A stretch of 57,268 nt of DNA from NCBI GenBank assembly GCA_049967035.1, contig JBMFTM010000001.1:1-57268 (forward strand), given 5' to 3'. Positions 27,834 to 38,957 of the stretch are shown one piece after another. Both the position numbers and the translations under genes were made by a program. The notes beneath the pieces are model-generated. The model was not told the DNA's origin. It searched no databases and saw nothing but the letters and a program-made list of their open reading frames with translations. Positions within the stretch are counted from its first letter, which is position 1. Every line of letters begins with the position of its first letter. Source of the DNA: Candidatus Acidifodinimicrobium sp. GTDB taxonomy: Archaea > Nanobdellota > Nanobdellia > Parvarchaeales > Parvarchaeaceae.

Positions 27834-28914
27834 AATCCAAAGATATCAACTTCACACTACCTGTCCCCACAGGAACTACTTGGTTAGATATAACATTGTT
27901 CGCTACGTATTTGAACTCATCTATGTCATGCTCCAATGAAGCGTTTATCAGGTGTTTCAATGGCACCTCAAATGACGCTCTCGCAAGTATAGAACTGGAT
28001 TCGCCGGTTATTCCGTACCTGTTCACGCCCTTCACTTCACCGCTGAAGCACATTGCATCTGCTATTAACATTATGTGTCTTATGTCAACTGCTAAGCCGA
28101 CATTTTCAAGTGTTTCGGATACTTCTTCGATTATTAGGTTTCGTGCTATCTCTATCCCTAAAACCTCAGACGTTTCGATTATATCATTAGTTATCGTTCT
28201 AGATTGATCAACCTCTTCCATCCTAAGTATATCTTTAAGGTTTGAGCCGGCGGTTGTTATCCAATATTTTTTATCATCTGTTTCATTTATTATCACACTA
28301 CTTATACCTTTAACTCCCGATAGAGTGAGTCCGACTATCTTGTTGCGCAGTTTTATCAGCTTTTTGACTGAGTCTGCGCCTTTATCTTTGATTATTAGAC
28401 TATTGTCATTTATATTGACCTCTAATTTCATGTTGGATAAAAGTTTCTCAATGTCTTTAAGCGTAAATCCGTAGCTCTTAATAGCTTCCTTATCAAATAA
28501 AAGCGTGACCTCTCTTCTTTTGATATCTATGCTATAAGAACTGATCACATCACCTGCTTTTATTTCCATTATCTTGCTTGCAAATTCTGTGGCTTTTTGC
28601 TTAGACTCTTCATACTCTTTCTTTAGGTAGATCTTCATAGTCGGCGTAGAGATTTCCTTCTTTGCATCGAAGATTTCTACCATTCTTGGTAGTCCAGAGG
28701 TAGTGTTCAAAGCCGCTATACCAGCCGCGTGCTTTGTCCTCAATGTAAGTTGCGTGCTTGCTTCACCTAGACTCTGAGCAGCTATGACGCCCACATCCTC
28801 TCCTGGCGTTATGAGTGATCTTTCATATACGGCCTGAAGCTTATCCATATCAGCATCTTTTCCGTACTTTTCTATGTACTTATTCACATATTTCTTAGGT
28901 ACATCTATTTTCAT
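27784..28914 (-). CDS. rpoA2: DNA-directed RNA polymerase subunit A'' (Rpo1C)
   Basis: [29 protein letters not shown] (trigger-loop region) and [21 protein letters not shown]. Confidence 0.95.
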   Translation of the reverse strand: MKIDVPKKYVNKYIEKYGKDADMDKLQAVYERSLITPGEDVGVIAAQSLGEASTQLTLRTKHAAGIAALNTTSGLPRMVEIFDAKKEISTPTMKIYLKKEYEESKQKATEFASKIMEIKAGDVISSYSIDIKRREVTLLFDKEAIKSYGFTLKDIEKLLSNMKLEVNINDNSLIIKDKGADSVKKLIKLRNKIVGLTLSGVKGISSVIINETDDKKYWITTAGSNLKDILRMEEVDQSRTITNDIIETSEVLGIEIARNLIIEEVSETLENVGLAVDIRHIMLIADAMCFSGEVKGVNRYGITGESSSILARASFEVPLKHLINASLEHDIDEFKYVANNVISNQVVPVGTGSVKLISLDYGRKTEGKADRKDKEE

Positions 28915-31433
28915 ATGTTAAGCTCTCCTTTATCACTTAATGATACATCCAGTCCATCTTCCCCATACACAAACTGTATAATCTTATTGCCTTCCCTAAC
29001 TGATAAATCCTCTGCTACCTTCAAGTCCTGCAGTGCAGATGATAGTCTTCTGTTCATGTAACCAGATACAGGTGTCCTTATAACATTATCCATTAACCCC
29101 TCCCTACTACTTCCTGCATGTAGGAAGAATTCTATCGGATTAAGTCCGTCTCTATAGTTAGACACTACAAAGCCCCTAGGTATAAGGCCCATGTCGTTTT
29201 TCTTGAAGTGTGCAGTTAATCGGCCATCGTAACCATTGTTCATACGCGTATCTCTAAGAAGCTGCTGTCCAATCATACCAGCTGCTGGGAAGAAATTCAT
29301 TATGCTCCCCTTTGCGCCTGTTATCATCATATCGTTTATTTCATTTGCTCTTTCGTTTATCCCTGCTCTTGTGGCATTTCTTATCTTGCCTCTTACCTTG
29401 TTAGTCAAAGACAATATATCCTGTTCGACATCCTTGTTGTAGTCTTTTAGCATCTTATTTACTTCTTCATTTGCTTCTTCAAATATGCTATGTATCTCCG
29501 ACATAGTCTTTTCAGGCAAGTCGAAGTTTGCTATGTTGGCGCTTATACCGAACTTAAGCAATGTAATGAGTGCTAATCTTGAAAGCTGGTCTATGAATTT
29601 TGCAGTTGTCTCTCCCCCATACTGAACGAACAAGTACTGCAGTAGGCTTCCATTCTCTTTACCTATGGTTGCACTGTCAATTATCCCCCTCTCTAGTTTT
29701 CCATTCTTTATGACAACGTACGAATCCTCATCGTTTGAAAACTTATACACAGAGCTTTCACTTTCAAAGTTCAGGTCTTTTGGCAACAGCATACTGAATA
29801 TCTCTCTGCCGGTATATGTCGACTTGCTCAGTTTTGTGTCTATTCCTATGAATGTTAGAAAATCTTCCGCTGTGCTTTTGTCTATTTTGGTTTCCTTTCT
29901 GGTTAGAATAGCCGAACCGGAGATGTAATCTTGAGCTGCGCCTATTACTGGTAATCCATGTCTAGGCGAGACTATATTGTTCTTTATGTTCATTATAAGT
30001 GCAGCTTCTGCGAGAGCTTCTTCTGTCTGTAGAACATGGATATTCATTTCATCTCCATCGAAATCTGCGGCATAAGGAAGCGTGGATGCGGGGTTTATCC
30101 TAAATGTCTTTCCATCTAATACTCTAACAGAATGGCCCATTATGGACAGACGATGGAGAGACGGCTGCCTGTTGAATAGGATTATGTCACCATTTAGCAT
30201 GCTTCTCTCGACAATGTACCCGGGCTTAAGCTCGTCTAATATGTTTTGAACCGTACTCTCTGTAATTTTTCTTCTTATGCCATCCGGTGTAACTATATAG
30301 CTTGCATTTGGATAGCCATTCAGATTCTTTATGAGTGCTTTCAGCCTATCAATGTTTATCTCAGTTACTCTCTCTGGATAAGTGACTTCTTTCGCTATCT
30401 GCATTGGCACACCTACCTCATCTAAACGAATCATCGAATCAGGAGATATTGTAGACCTGGCACTATAGTTTGCCCTCTTTCCAAGCGTTGAGCCTCGGAA
30501 CCTGCCCTCTTTGCCCTTTATCCTGTCCTCAAGGGTTTTAAGTTTCTTTCCAGATTTATGCCTAGCAATTGGAACCTGTGCCGTTCCGTTTGATATGAAT
30601 GTGGTTATATGATATTGGAGTAAATCCCACAGCTCTTCTATTATGACTTCTGGTGCTCCAGATTTTATGTTTTCAGCGAGTCGCTGGTTTGTTCTAACTA
30701 TATCTGTCAATTTGTGTGTTAGATCATCTTCGCTTTTCTGTCCGCTTTCAAGTGTTATTGGCGGCCTTATGGTCACAGGTGGTATCGGTAATACTGTGAA
30801 TATCATCCATTCTGGTCTTGAGTATTCCTGGCTCATCCCTAAAAATTGGAGATCTGCGTCGCTTATCCTCTCTAATCTTTCCCTTACGTCACTTGCATTC
30901 AATTTCTGGCCATTGTATATAAAGGTATACGGCTTCTCTAATTTCACTTTGTGTTGTTTTGAGTGGCAGAATGGGCATGTGTTTATGCTTTTTGCATGTT
31001 TGATTAGCTTCCTTACATACCTCTTTTTCCCTAAATCACCTTCTCTTGCTTCTATAGCATCCATTGTGATCGTAGCTTTCTTTAAGATAGCCTCAGGTAT
31101 AAGTATTCTCCCACATGCATCGCAAGTTGCATTCAGCAGGTCATATATCTTTGGTATCATCTTTATGTTAAACACTGGTCTTGCAAGCTCTAGGTGGCCA
31201 AAATGCCCGGGGCAGTCTTTTATTGTGTTGCCGCAGGTCCTGCATACTAATCCAGGATCAGTTATGCCGAGCCTCATGTCCGCTAATCCGCCATCAACAG
31301 GGAACCCATCTATATCATACAATTCAGATGAAGTTATGGCTACACTGCTCATCTTCTCTATCATCCTAGGCGAAAGCACACCAAATTCTATCCCGTATAT
31401 CTTATTGAAAACAAAATTTGAATCTAATCTCAT
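28911..31433 (-). CDS. rpoA1: DNA-directed RNA polymerase subunit A' (Rpo1N)
   Basis: Zinc motifs [34 protein letters not shown] and the catalytic [10 protein letters not shown]. Confidence 0.97.
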   Translation of the reverse strand: MRLDSNFVFNKIYGIEFGVLSPRMIEKMSSVAITSSELYDIDGFPVDGGLADMRLGITDPGLVCRTCGNTIKDCPGHFGHLELARPVFNIKMIPKIYDLLNATCDACGRILIPEAILKKATITMDAIEAREGDLGKKRYVRKLIKHAKSINTCPFCHSKQHKVKLEKPYTFIYNGQKLNASDVRERLERISDADLQFLGMSQEYSRPEWMIFTVLPIPPVTIRPPITLESGQKSEDDLTHKLTDIVRTNQRLAENIKSGAPEVIIEELWDLLQYHITTFISNGTAQVPIARHKSGKKLKTLEDRIKGKEGRFRGSTLGKRANYSARSTISPDSMIRLDEVGVPMQIAKEVTYPERVTEINIDRLKALIKNLNGYPNASYIVTPDGIRRKITESTVQNILDELKPGYIVERSMLNGDIILFNRQPSLHRLSIMGHSVRVLDGKTFRINPASTLPYAADFDGDEMNIHVLQTEEALAEAALIMNIKNNIVSPRHGLPVIGAAQDYISGSAILTRKETKIDKSTAEDFLTFIGIDTKLSKSTYTGREIFSMLLPKDLNFESESSVYKFSNDEDSYVVIKNGKLERGIIDSATIGKENGSLLQYLFVQYGGETTAKFIDQLSRLALITLLKFGISANIANFDLPEKTMSEIHSIFEEANEEVNKMLKDYNKDVEQDILSLTNKVRGKIRNATRAGINERANEINDMMITGAKGSIMNFFPAAGMIGQQLLRDTRMNNGYDGRLTAHFKKNDMGLIPRGFVVSNYRDGLNPIEFFLHAGSSREGLMDNVIRTPVSGYMNRRLSSALQDLKVAEDLSVREGNKIIQFVYGEDGLDVSLSDKGELNI

Positions 31434-33232
31434 ATCTTACTCCCTATCAACAGCTTTGGATAAATTCCCATTGATTTTAGCTCATCTAACAATATCTTGA
31501 ATGAATTCGACACTTCTACTAACTTTATAGGCACGTCCTCCCCATCTACGGGGCAGTAACCTGTTCTCTTTTTCACGTTGTAAACTGCGACTAATCCGCA
31601 TTTTGCACACACTGGTATTGTCACCTTATCCGAATCAAATCTCTCCTTCAACGCAAGCGCTGCCCCATAGGCGACAAAACAGTCTTTCTCCATCTCCCCT
31701 AATCTTAACCCCCCACGCTTTGACTTGCCCTCTGTTGGTTGCCTCGTTAAGAGCTGCACAGGTCCCCTGGCTCTCCATTGGACTTTGTTTGTGACCACAT
31801 GTTTCAATCTGGTGTAGAGCATGTCCCCTACGAATATTGTAGCTTCTATTTCATCGCCAGTTATAGCATTGTACATCTTCTCTACCCCATTTTCTCTGAA
31901 GCCATAAGATTGTAATTCTTTTCTAAGATCCTCTCCTTTCTCTCCTATGAATGGCGTTCCATCAACGAATCTACCGCCAAGTGCCCCAACTTTCCCACCT
32001 ATCATCTCTAAAAGGAACCCCATTGTCATCCTACTGGGTATAGAGTATGGCGAGAATATTACATCAGGAACTATCCCAGATTGAGTGAATGGCATATCCT
32101 CCTGTCTTACCAGCATACCAACCACGCCTTTTTGGCCGCTTCTTGTACCAAACTTATCACCTATCTCTACCGGTAAATCCTCCCTGATTTTTACCGACAC
32201 ATATTTGTTACCTTCCGAAGTTGAAGAAATAAATACATTGTCAACCACTCCATGCTCTGTCTGTCTACATTCTACAGAAGTTTCTATCCTCTTTTGTATT
32301 CCAAGTCTGAATTTATCTATTGATGATACAAATCTAGGCGGGGACACTTTGCCTATTATAACATCCCCACCCTCAACATAAGTTCCTGGGGAGACTATTC
32401 CATCTTCGTCTAAAAGTTTGTACGCTTCTTCTGACTTGTAGTCTATAACATCCTTATCTGGTATGCCTATCTCATCCTTCTGTCCGCCGACATAGTGTAG
32501 TTCTGTAACCTTATAGGGCCTAAAGAACGAGGCTCTGAACAATCCGCGCTCTACTGCTGACTTATTGATTATTATCGCATCGTCCATGTTGTAGCCTAAG
32601 TAAGATATGACTGCTACAACTATGTTCTTTCCTATAGGATGTGCTTTTATGTTGTCTTCATCGTATATTTTTGTTTTAACGATTGGTTGCTCTTGGTCAT
32701 AAGCAACTATTATATCATTGTCCATCCTTATCCTGTAATTTGAACTGTATATCCCAACACCCTGCTGTACACTTTTTATGGCTATTACACTTCTGTGCGC
32801 ATTGTTGTGGTTTATGAAAGGCAGCATAGTTGCTTGTAAGCCTATCACTGATAATGGGCTTATTTCCAGATGAGTATGTTCCTTTGTTAGGCTCTTCTCA
32901 TCCAAGGCTATGTATGCCTCTTCCTCCTCATCTGCATCCAAATATTCTATCTTCCCTTGAGCTACAAGGTTTTCCCATGTAACTCTCCCCTGCTTCAAGA
33001 ATTCAATGTCTTCCTTCGTGACTAATGGTTTTCCATCCTTTACGACTATAAGCGCCCTTGTAAGTCTTCCGCCCTCTGTATTCACTAACAATGAATCTAT
33101 ATCCTCTCTATATCTTACGTTTATATTTTGATTTATCTTGTTGTTTCTTCGATCTTCTATTATGTTCTGCTCTATTTCCTTTGCTTTATTGGTCTTTCCT
33201 ACAAGTTTTCCGTCTACGAACACTAAACTCAT
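31430..33232 (-). CDS. rpoB1: DNA-directed RNA polymerase subunit B' (C-terminal half of Rpo2)
   Basis: GDKFGTRSGQKGVVG, GGLRLGEMEKDC and a C-terminal Zn ribbon CAKCG...CPVDG. Confidence 0.97.
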   Translation of the reverse strand: MSLVFVDGKLVGKTNKAKEIEQNIIEDRRNNKINQNINVRYREDIDSLLVNTEGGRLTRALIVVKDGKPLVTKEDIEFLKQGRVTWENLVAQGKIEYLDADEEEEAYIALDEKSLTKEHTHLEISPLSVIGLQATMLPFINHNNAHRSVIAIKSVQQGVGIYSSNYRIRMDNDIIVAYDQEQPIVKTKIYDEDNIKAHPIGKNIVVAVISYLGYNMDDAIIINKSAVERGLFRASFFRPYKVTELHYVGGQKDEIGIPDKDVIDYKSEEAYKLLDEDGIVSPGTYVEGGDVIIGKVSPPRFVSSIDKFRLGIQKRIETSVECRQTEHGVVDNVFISSTSEGNKYVSVKIREDLPVEIGDKFGTRSGQKGVVGMLVRQEDMPFTQSGIVPDVIFSPYSIPSRMTMGFLLEMIGGKVGALGGRFVDGTPFIGEKGEDLRKELQSYGFRENGVEKMYNAITGDEIEATIFVGDMLYTRLKHVVTNKVQWRARGPVQLLTRQPTEGKSKRGGLRLGEMEKDCFVAYGAALALKERFDSDKVTIPVCAKCGLVAVYNVKKRTGYCPVDGEDVPIKLVEVSNSFKILLDELKSMGIYPKLLIGSKI

Positions 33233-34707
33233 ATTGGTTTCACTCCGTATTCCTTAAGTTTATTTATTATCTCTTCTTGGTAATTGTTCTCCGAAGAGAT
33301 CTTTGCAAAATTAGCGATATGTTTAGTTAGACCTATCTTTGGCCCTTCTGGTGTTTCAACGGGACAGAACCTTCCGAAGTGCGTCCCATGTAAATCCCTT
33401 GCTTCATAATTCTCTCTGTTGGATGACAGTAAAGATTCAACCTTTCTGAGGTTAGAGATAGTAAAAGGAAAGCTCTTCCTATCAAGGTGCTGTGTTATCC
33501 CTACTCTCCCTCCAACCCACTGTCCAGTTGCCAACGCTGAATTTAACCTAGATGTCAGTTGATCTGAAGTGAATATGTACTGTGGCGGCTGTATCTTGTC
33601 TTTTTTCATTCCTCTTTCAAAGTTATATTTTGCATCGTTTATTACCTGTTTGAATATGAATCTGAAGAGCATATCAAGGTTATAATTCTCCGAGTGTAAC
33701 CTTTTGTTTGAATAATGGTCCTTGAATACCTCTTTCCCTTCTTTCTCATAGCTCAGTAGATACCTCACTACGAATTTTAGGTATTCGGCTTTCACAGCCC
33801 TAGATTCTTTTGTTCTACCTAAAAACGGCAGAAGCAAGGAATCTATATTCGTCTCAGCCGTTTCTTTTGGATGTGACGAGTGTATCGAATTTCCAATGTA
33901 CTCCAATGCTTCTTTCTCCGTGCCTGGATTGAAAACCTCAAAGTTTATGTCGATTATGTTTTTAAAGTCTTCATCTTCACCAGCTATATCCGCTCTTATA
34001 GAGCTCTCGCTCTCTACTCCGAGCGCTTTTAGCATGGTCACCACTGGTATCCTCTTCATCTTGCCAAAGTTAATGTAGAGCAGGTAGCTATTTGACAGGA
34101 ATATAACATGGGGGACCTTCACTTCTTCAGCGTCTGCAAATACCTTTGCAGTGTAAAGTACACCCTCTCTATTCTCTTTGTTTATAAGTACATTGTTTGG
34201 AACAAGGTCCTCAGTAGTAAGTATTATCCTCTCAGTCCCGTTTATTATGAAGTATCCACCAGGATCATAGGGGTCCTCTTTCGCTTTTATTAGTTCATCG
34301 CGGCTAAGCCCATAAAGGTGGCATAGCTTGGATTTTACGACTATGGGAAGCCTGCCTATAAATATCTTCTCTTCGAGTATTGGATTGTCATCTGCTATGT
34401 ATGATACCGGCACAAACATAGGCGCATTATAGGTAAGGTCCCTTATCCTGGCCTCCATAGGCATAAGTTTCCTAACTGCGCTGTCAACTTCGTTTATCTC
34501 AGGTTTTAGAAGTTCAATCTTGCCCAATTTTATGTAGAATTCTTTTGAAGTGCTGGGTTTTATCGCTGGTTCTATCACTGAATTTGAATCTATTATCTTT
34601 TGCAAGGTATTTTCAGTGAAGAAGTTGAAGGAATCTATGTGATACTGCATCACTTCGTGCGCAGATAAAGCCGAATTTAAAAGCTGAAGATAGTCCTCTT
34701 TTTCCAT
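33229..34707 (-). CDS. rpoB2: DNA-directed RNA polymerase subunit B'' (N-terminal half of Rpo2)
   Basis: HIDSFNFF, GYFIINGTERII and CPVETPEGPKIGL. 4-nt overlap with rpoB1. Confidence 0.97.
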   Translation of the reverse strand: MEKEDYLQLLNSALSAHEVMQYHIDSFNFFTENTLQKIIDSNSVIEPAIKPSTSKEFYIKLGKIELLKPEINEVDSAVRKLMPMEARIRDLTYNAPMFVPVSYIADDNPILEEKIFIGRLPIVVKSKLCHLYGLSRDELIKAKEDPYDPGGYFIINGTERIILTTEDLVPNNVLINKENREGVLYTAKVFADAEEVKVPHVIFLSNSYLLYINFGKMKRIPVVTMLKALGVESESSIRADIAGEDEDFKNIIDINFEVFNPGTEKEALEYIGNSIHSSHPKETAETNIDSLLLPFLGRTKESRAVKAEYLKFVVRYLLSYEKEGKEVFKDHYSNKRLHSENYNLDMLFRFIFKQVINDAKYNFERGMKKDKIQPPQYIFTSDQLTSRLNSALATGQWVGGRVGITQHLDRKSFPFTISNLRKVESLLSSNRENYEARDLHGTHFGRFCPVETPEGPKIGLTKHIANFAKISSENNYQEEIINKLKEYGVKPI

Positions 34708-34725
34708 ATTGTTCTAACACTAATT

Positions 34726-34959
34726 TTATCTGATTACAACTCTGTAATAGATTGCTTCCCCCGCGCTTTTGCTTGCTCTTGTTATCTCTAGGATATCACC
34801 TTCATTCGCTTTTAAAGCTATGACTGCAGGGTCTGTCATTTTTATCTTTGGCAAATTGCTTCTGGAGCATTTGAATCTTAAGAGTATTTTATCTGCTTCA
34901 TTTGGGTCTAAAATTTTATATTTAGGGGATAACCTATTATTAAAGATATCTATGTCCAA
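34726..34959 (-). CDS. rpoH: DNA-directed RNA polymerase subunit H (Rpo5)
   Basis: 77 aa containing LPKIKMTDPAVIALKANEGDILEITRASKSAGEAIYYRVV. It is the first gene of the rpoH-B-A operon. Confidence 0.88.
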   Translation of the reverse strand: MDIDIFNNRLSPKYKILDPNEADKILLRFKCSRSNLPKIKMTDPAVIALKANEGDILEITRASKSAGEAIYYRVVIR

Positions 34960-35036
34960 GCAGCCTCACTTTTTAACAACATTTTATGTAGTTTTACTAT
35001 ATAGTTATAGTATTTAAATGTTTCTCTTTGTTAAGT

Positions 35037-36479
35037 TCAGCTTTTTTCTTCTCTTAATTGCGGGAATGGAATGACCTCTCTTATTGACTTTGAATTTGTA
35101 GCTATCATAGCCAGCCTCTCAAGGCCCATACCCATACCCCCGGTTGGAGGCATCCCGTAAAACAATGACTCCACAAACTCCTCATCAAACTCCTGTGTCT
35201 CCTTTATTCCGCGCTCCTTTCTTTTCTCCTCGTTTTTGAAACGCTCAATTTGATCCAGGGGGTCATTTAATTCAGTGAAAGCATTTGCGATTTCTATCCC
35301 CCCCACAAATAGCTCAAATCTATAGACAAATCTCGGATCATCTTCCATTTTCTTCGCAAGCGGCGAGATCTCTATAGGGTACTTCGTTATGAAAGTAGGC
35401 TGAATTAGCTTCTTCTGTACTTTCTCCTCAAACAATGTGTTAAGAGCGTCGCCATAGGATACGACGGTCTTATCTATGTTTTTTGCTAACTTTATTATAT
35501 TTTCCTCCCCGATGTCTCCTACTTCTTTTTTCACAGCTTCATCCATTGGAATTATAGAGAACTTTTCAAAGTCAAGTTCATCTTTATCAAAGTTGACCTT
35601 ATACTTTCCATTAACGGCAAATACGGCGTTTCTAACTATCTCCTCTGTAAGTTTTATCATATCATTTAAGTCACCATACGCCTGGTAAACCTCTAATTCT
35701 AGGAACTCTGGGTTATGCCGCGTGTCTACCCCCTCATTTCTGAAGCTCTTGCTTATATCATAAACTCTCTCAAACCCGCCGACCAAAAGTCGCTTGAGAT
35801 GAAGTTCAGATGCTATCTTGAGATAGAAATCCCTATGAAGTGCATTGAAATGCGTCTTGAATGGGGTTGCGTTTCCTCCGCTAGCAACGTATTGCAGTAG
35901 TGGCACTGGGACGTCTATAAATTTGTTTTTATCAAGCGTACTTCTTACAGCGCTCACAACTTTACTTGAAAGAAGTATTTTTTGCCTTGATTCTGGATTC
36001 ATTATAAAATCTAAATGCCTCTTTCTATATCTTTTCTCTATATCTTCTATTCCAAACCATCTCGATGGGAGATTCAGCAAAGATTTGCTCAAAAGTTCTA
36101 TTTTCTTTACTAAGACGGATTTTTCATTCGTTTTTGTCCTTATTACATCACCATTCACCCCTATTATATCGCCTATATCAAGTAGCCGTAAAATGTTTAG
36201 AGTTTGACCGTTTAATTCTGCTTGGTTCACAAAAAGTTGTATTTGCCCATCTTGGTCTGCAATGTCTATGAATTCCAATTTGCCATGGTTTCTTCTTCCA
36301 ATTATTCTTCCGGCGATATCAACGTTCTTTCCAAGCATCTCATCAAAATTCTTTATTATGTCGGATATAGAGTTTGTTCTATCGAATTTATGACCATATG
36401 GATCTATGCCAAGCTTCTTTATCTCATTGAGATGCTTCAATTTGTTTTCGTCAGGCTTTACATCGATTTTAAATGCCAT
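35037..36479 (-). CDS. lysS: lysine--tRNA ligase, class II
   Basis: An OB-fold N-domain, then class II motifs FRNEGVDTRHNPEFLELEVYQAY and GMGMGLERLAM. Start at ATG 36479 (MAFKIDVKPDE...). Confidence 0.9.
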   Translation of the reverse strand: MAFKIDVKPDENKLKHLNEIKKLGIDPYGHKFDRTNSISDIIKNFDEMLGKNVDIAGRIIGRRNHGKLEFIDIADQDGQIQLFVNQAELNGQTLNILRLLDIGDIIGVNGDVIRTKTNEKSVLVKKIELLSKSLLNLPSRWFGIEDIEKRYRKRHLDFIMNPESRQKILLSSKVVSAVRSTLDKNKFIDVPVPLLQYVASGGNATPFKTHFNALHRDFYLKIASELHLKRLLVGGFERVYDISKSFRNEGVDTRHNPEFLELEVYQAYGDLNDMIKLTEEIVRNAVFAVNGKYKVNFDKDELDFEKFSIIPMDEAVKKEVGDIGEENIIKLAKNIDKTVVSYGDALNTLFEEKVQKKLIQPTFITKYPIEISPLAKKMEDDPRFVYRFELFVGGIEIANAFTELNDPLDQIERFKNEEKRKERGIKETQEFDEEFVESLFYGMPPTGGMGMGLERLAMIATNSKSIREVIPFPQLREEKS

Positions 36480-37737
36480 ATATAAATGAAAAGTAAGCAA
36501 CGAGTGAAAGTATTGCACTGAACCCTAGAGAGTAGGCAAATATGGCGTTTCTGAACGCCTTATTCTTTGAGAATAGGCCTATTATACCTTTCTCCAAAAC
36601 AGCTCCTATCAGCTCTAATCCCAGCAGAAATGCAGCGTAACTTGCGCTTATGTGGTGACTGGCGAATAGTAATCCTACGGTCAAGGAAGCTGCTATAACA
36701 TTTGCAAAACTAGCTATAAATATGGTTACTGGAAGCAACTGAGGCACAACCTTTACAGCAACATCCGCGGCGATGATCACCACGAAAAGTATTATCGCAA
36801 ATTCGAATATCGGTATTAAAGGAAGTGGATTTCTCTTTATTTTTATCTCCTCCTTTATATTCTTCCTGTATAAAACAAATGACAAAGCCATAAGTGCAAA
36901 GAAGGTCAATGTAACAGGTAAAAAGTATACCAAGGCAGTCGTTGAGTATGTCACTAGGAAGAAAACAAGGATTATCTGAGTTATTATCATCATGAAGTTT
37001 GAAGAGAATAATCCGTTTGCAATTAGCGCCTTTGTTTTATTTTTCAACTGCTCGGAAAGTTTCAATATTATAAGTATTATAGTAGTACCGCTGATTATCC
37101 CACCGACAAGCGATGAGAGGAAGAATCCCGATTTTATCATCTTAGAAGTAAAGTACTGGATAAAGAATATCACTGCGACTATAACAACTATCTCCCAAAA
37201 TTGAAACGGGTTAAAAATATCATAAGGCCCGATTGGATAATTCGGCAGAATGGGCAGTATAACAAGCGCTATTATTAGTAAGTTTAGCGTGGCAATTAGC
37301 TCAGTCCTCTCTATGCTTTCCACGAACTCTTCCATCTCTATCTTGTAGAAGCTAAGCGCCGCGACCAGTACGGTTACGATTATAGCATACAGGTATGCAC
37401 CAAGCGCAGTCAGTACACCTATCGTGAACAATATCAATGTGCTTACTAATGTCGTAGCCGTTGGAGATTTGAATATATTCGTTTTTTCGATGTACATTAA
37501 ACTTGCTATCACTGATATAACCCCAAATCCGGTGATCAATATTACTAAGCTATTAAGCATAATAAATAAGAGGCCAAAAAGATAACCCAGAAGCGCTACG
37601 AATATGCTTGTCCTGAGCCCTAAGAATATCTTGACCCCCTTGATTTTTCTATATTCATTTTCAAGCCCTATTATAGATCCAAGCGCTAGAGCTAAGAGTA
37701 GATACAGTATATTCTGATCAAACATGTTTGCTAACAT
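36469..37737 (-). CDS. MgtC/SapB-like membrane protein with an extended C-terminal membrane domain (DUF4010-like), tentative
   Basis: The N-terminal LALALGSIIGLENEYRKIKGVKIFLGLRTSIFVALLG resembles the MgtC family motif, followed by about 10 further TM helices. The track start is TTG 37761; ATG 37737 chosen. Confidence 0.5.
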   Translation of the reverse strand: MLANMFDQNILYLLLALALGSIIGLENEYRKIKGVKIFLGLRTSIFVALLGYLFGLLFIMLNSLVILITGFGVISVIASLMYIEKTNIFKSPTATTLVSTLILFTIGVLTALGAYLYAIIVTVLVAALSFYKIEMEEFVESIERTELIATLNLLIIALVILPILPNYPIGPYDIFNPFQFWEIVVIVAVIFFIQYFTSKMIKSGFFLSSLVGGIISGTTIILIILKLSEQLKNKTKALIANGLFSSNFMMIITQIILVFFLVTYSTTALVYFLPVTLTFFALMALSFVLYRKNIKEEIKIKRNPLPLIPIFEFAIILFVVIIAADVAVKVVPQLLPVTIFIASFANVIAASLTVGLLFASHHISASYAAFLLGLELIGAVLEKGIIGLFSKNKAFRNAIFAYSLGFSAILSLVAYFSFIYGI

Positions 37738-37997
37738 TATGTATCCAAAAACGGCTCTCAATTTATATCTTTCTATTCATTAAAAAATATAATATTAGTT
37801 GATTTTTCTTGTAGGAATTGTATCACAGCAAAATAACATGAAATGTTTTTATATAGTGCAGAAAAAATTCTTCTAAAAAAGGTAATCATAAGAGATTTCT
37901 TATTCGTGATTATCTGTCTTAATCCTTTGTAAATAATGGCGTAAAAGGTAAGTGTTAGAAATCTTTTAAATTTATGGCACTGAACTAGTTGGGGGAT

Positions 37998-38070
37998 AGC
38001 CTTCGGTGGGGATTGAACCCACGACTTCCTGATTACAAGTCAGGCGCTCTAACCACTGAGCTACGAAGGC
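37998..38070 (-). tRNA. tRNA-Thr (anticodon UGU)
   Basis: Minus strand reads GCCTTCGTAGCTCAGTGGTTAGAGCGCCTGACTTGTAATCAGGAAGTCGTGGGTTCAATCCCCACCGAAGGCT. It forms a clean cloverleaf with anticodon arm CCTGA-CTTGTAA-TCAGG. A TATA-like TTTTATTTAAAA lies about 25 nt upstream. No encoded CCA. Confidence 0.92.
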
Positions 38071-38124
38071 ATAGGTATCTTAATATCTCTTTTAAATAAA
38101 ACTCTTTGTTATATATTATTAATT

Positions 38125-38898
38125 ATGGTTGAAATTAAACCTAACACCTACATCGACATACACGCCCATCTAAGTGATGAAAGATTTGATTCTGTCAGAG
38201 AGGAATTAATAAACAAATTACAGGACTTTATAGTGCTTAATGCAGGAGAGAACAAGAAAGAGGATATTAAAGTTATTAATGAGTATCACAGTCACACTAA
38301 TATCCTGCCTTGCATCGGTCTGCATCCAAATGAGGTAGTTAAGCTGGGGGAGGACCAACTTTCTGAAAATATGTCTTATTTGGATGAAAACATAAGTAAA
38401 TTTTTTGCAGTGTCTGAGATAGGGCTAGACTACAAGAGGAAGACTGAGGATAACATCGCCTTAGAGAAGAGAGTACTAGAGCAGATCCTAAGCCTGTCTG
38501 AGAAGTATGGAAAAGTCTGCATACTTCATAGCAGGAAATCGATGACTGATCTATTGGATATATTAAAATCTTATAAAATCAAAGCTATATTGCACAATTT
38601 TGAGGGAAATTCCACACAATTGTCTACGGCAGTCGATGCGGGTTTTTTCATAAGTGTATCCACTGGTTTCATGAAATTTAAAAAAGACAATCTAATAAAG
38701 AAGATCCCACTCGATCATCTTTTCTTTGAGACAGACTCGCCAGCCTTAAACGCAGACGGCGCCCCAGGGGAATTGAATACGCCTTTGAACATCGTTAAAA
38801 TAATGCAATACTTCTCAAATTTGAGACATATCAGCATGGAAGAACTGATAGAGAAAATTCGTTCTAATTTCATCAATGTTTTTAGGGCAAATCTTTAG
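38125..38898 (+). CDS. tatD: TatD-family metal-dependent hydrolase
   Basis: IDIHAHL, SEIGLDY, ILHSRKS, ILHNFEG and FFETDSP are the TatD metal-ligand motifs, in the expected order. Confidence 0.85.
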   Translation: MVEIKPNTYIDIHAHLSDERFDSVREELINKLQDFIVLNAGENKKEDIKVINEYHSHTNILPCIGLHPNEVVKLGEDQLSENMSYLDENISKFFAVSEIGLDYKRKTEDNIALEKRVLEQILSLSEKYGKVCILHSRKSMTDLLDILKSYKIKAILHNFEGNSTQLSTAVDAGFFISVSTGFMKFKKDNLIKKIPLDHLFFETDSPALNADGAPGELNTPLNIVKIMQYFSNLRHISMEELIEKIRSNFINVFRANL

Positions 38899-38957
38899 AT
38901 TCTCTTTTTCCAAAAATCCCTTAATCTTAAGAAATTACATTAAATTAGTCTTTTATT

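Noticed and set aside
30643-31500. A 285-aa plus-strand ORF. Similar long antisense ORFs occur at 14121-14525, 24722-25219, 10586-11125, 27084-27611 and 6634-6951.
   Set aside because: All lie antisense to strongly supported conserved genes (rpoA1, nuoM, pheS, rpl22, nusA/rps12, rfcS). Their translations are low-complexity, typical of shadow ORFs.
37762-37997. A 236-nt AT-rich intergenic region upstream of the MgtC-like gene. I inspected it for C/D-box or H/ACA sRNAs and for small ORFs.
   Set aside because: There is no canonical C (RUGAUGA) / D (CUGA) box pair and no ACA-terminated hairpin. Only very short ORFs are present. It most likely holds promoter and spacer sequence.
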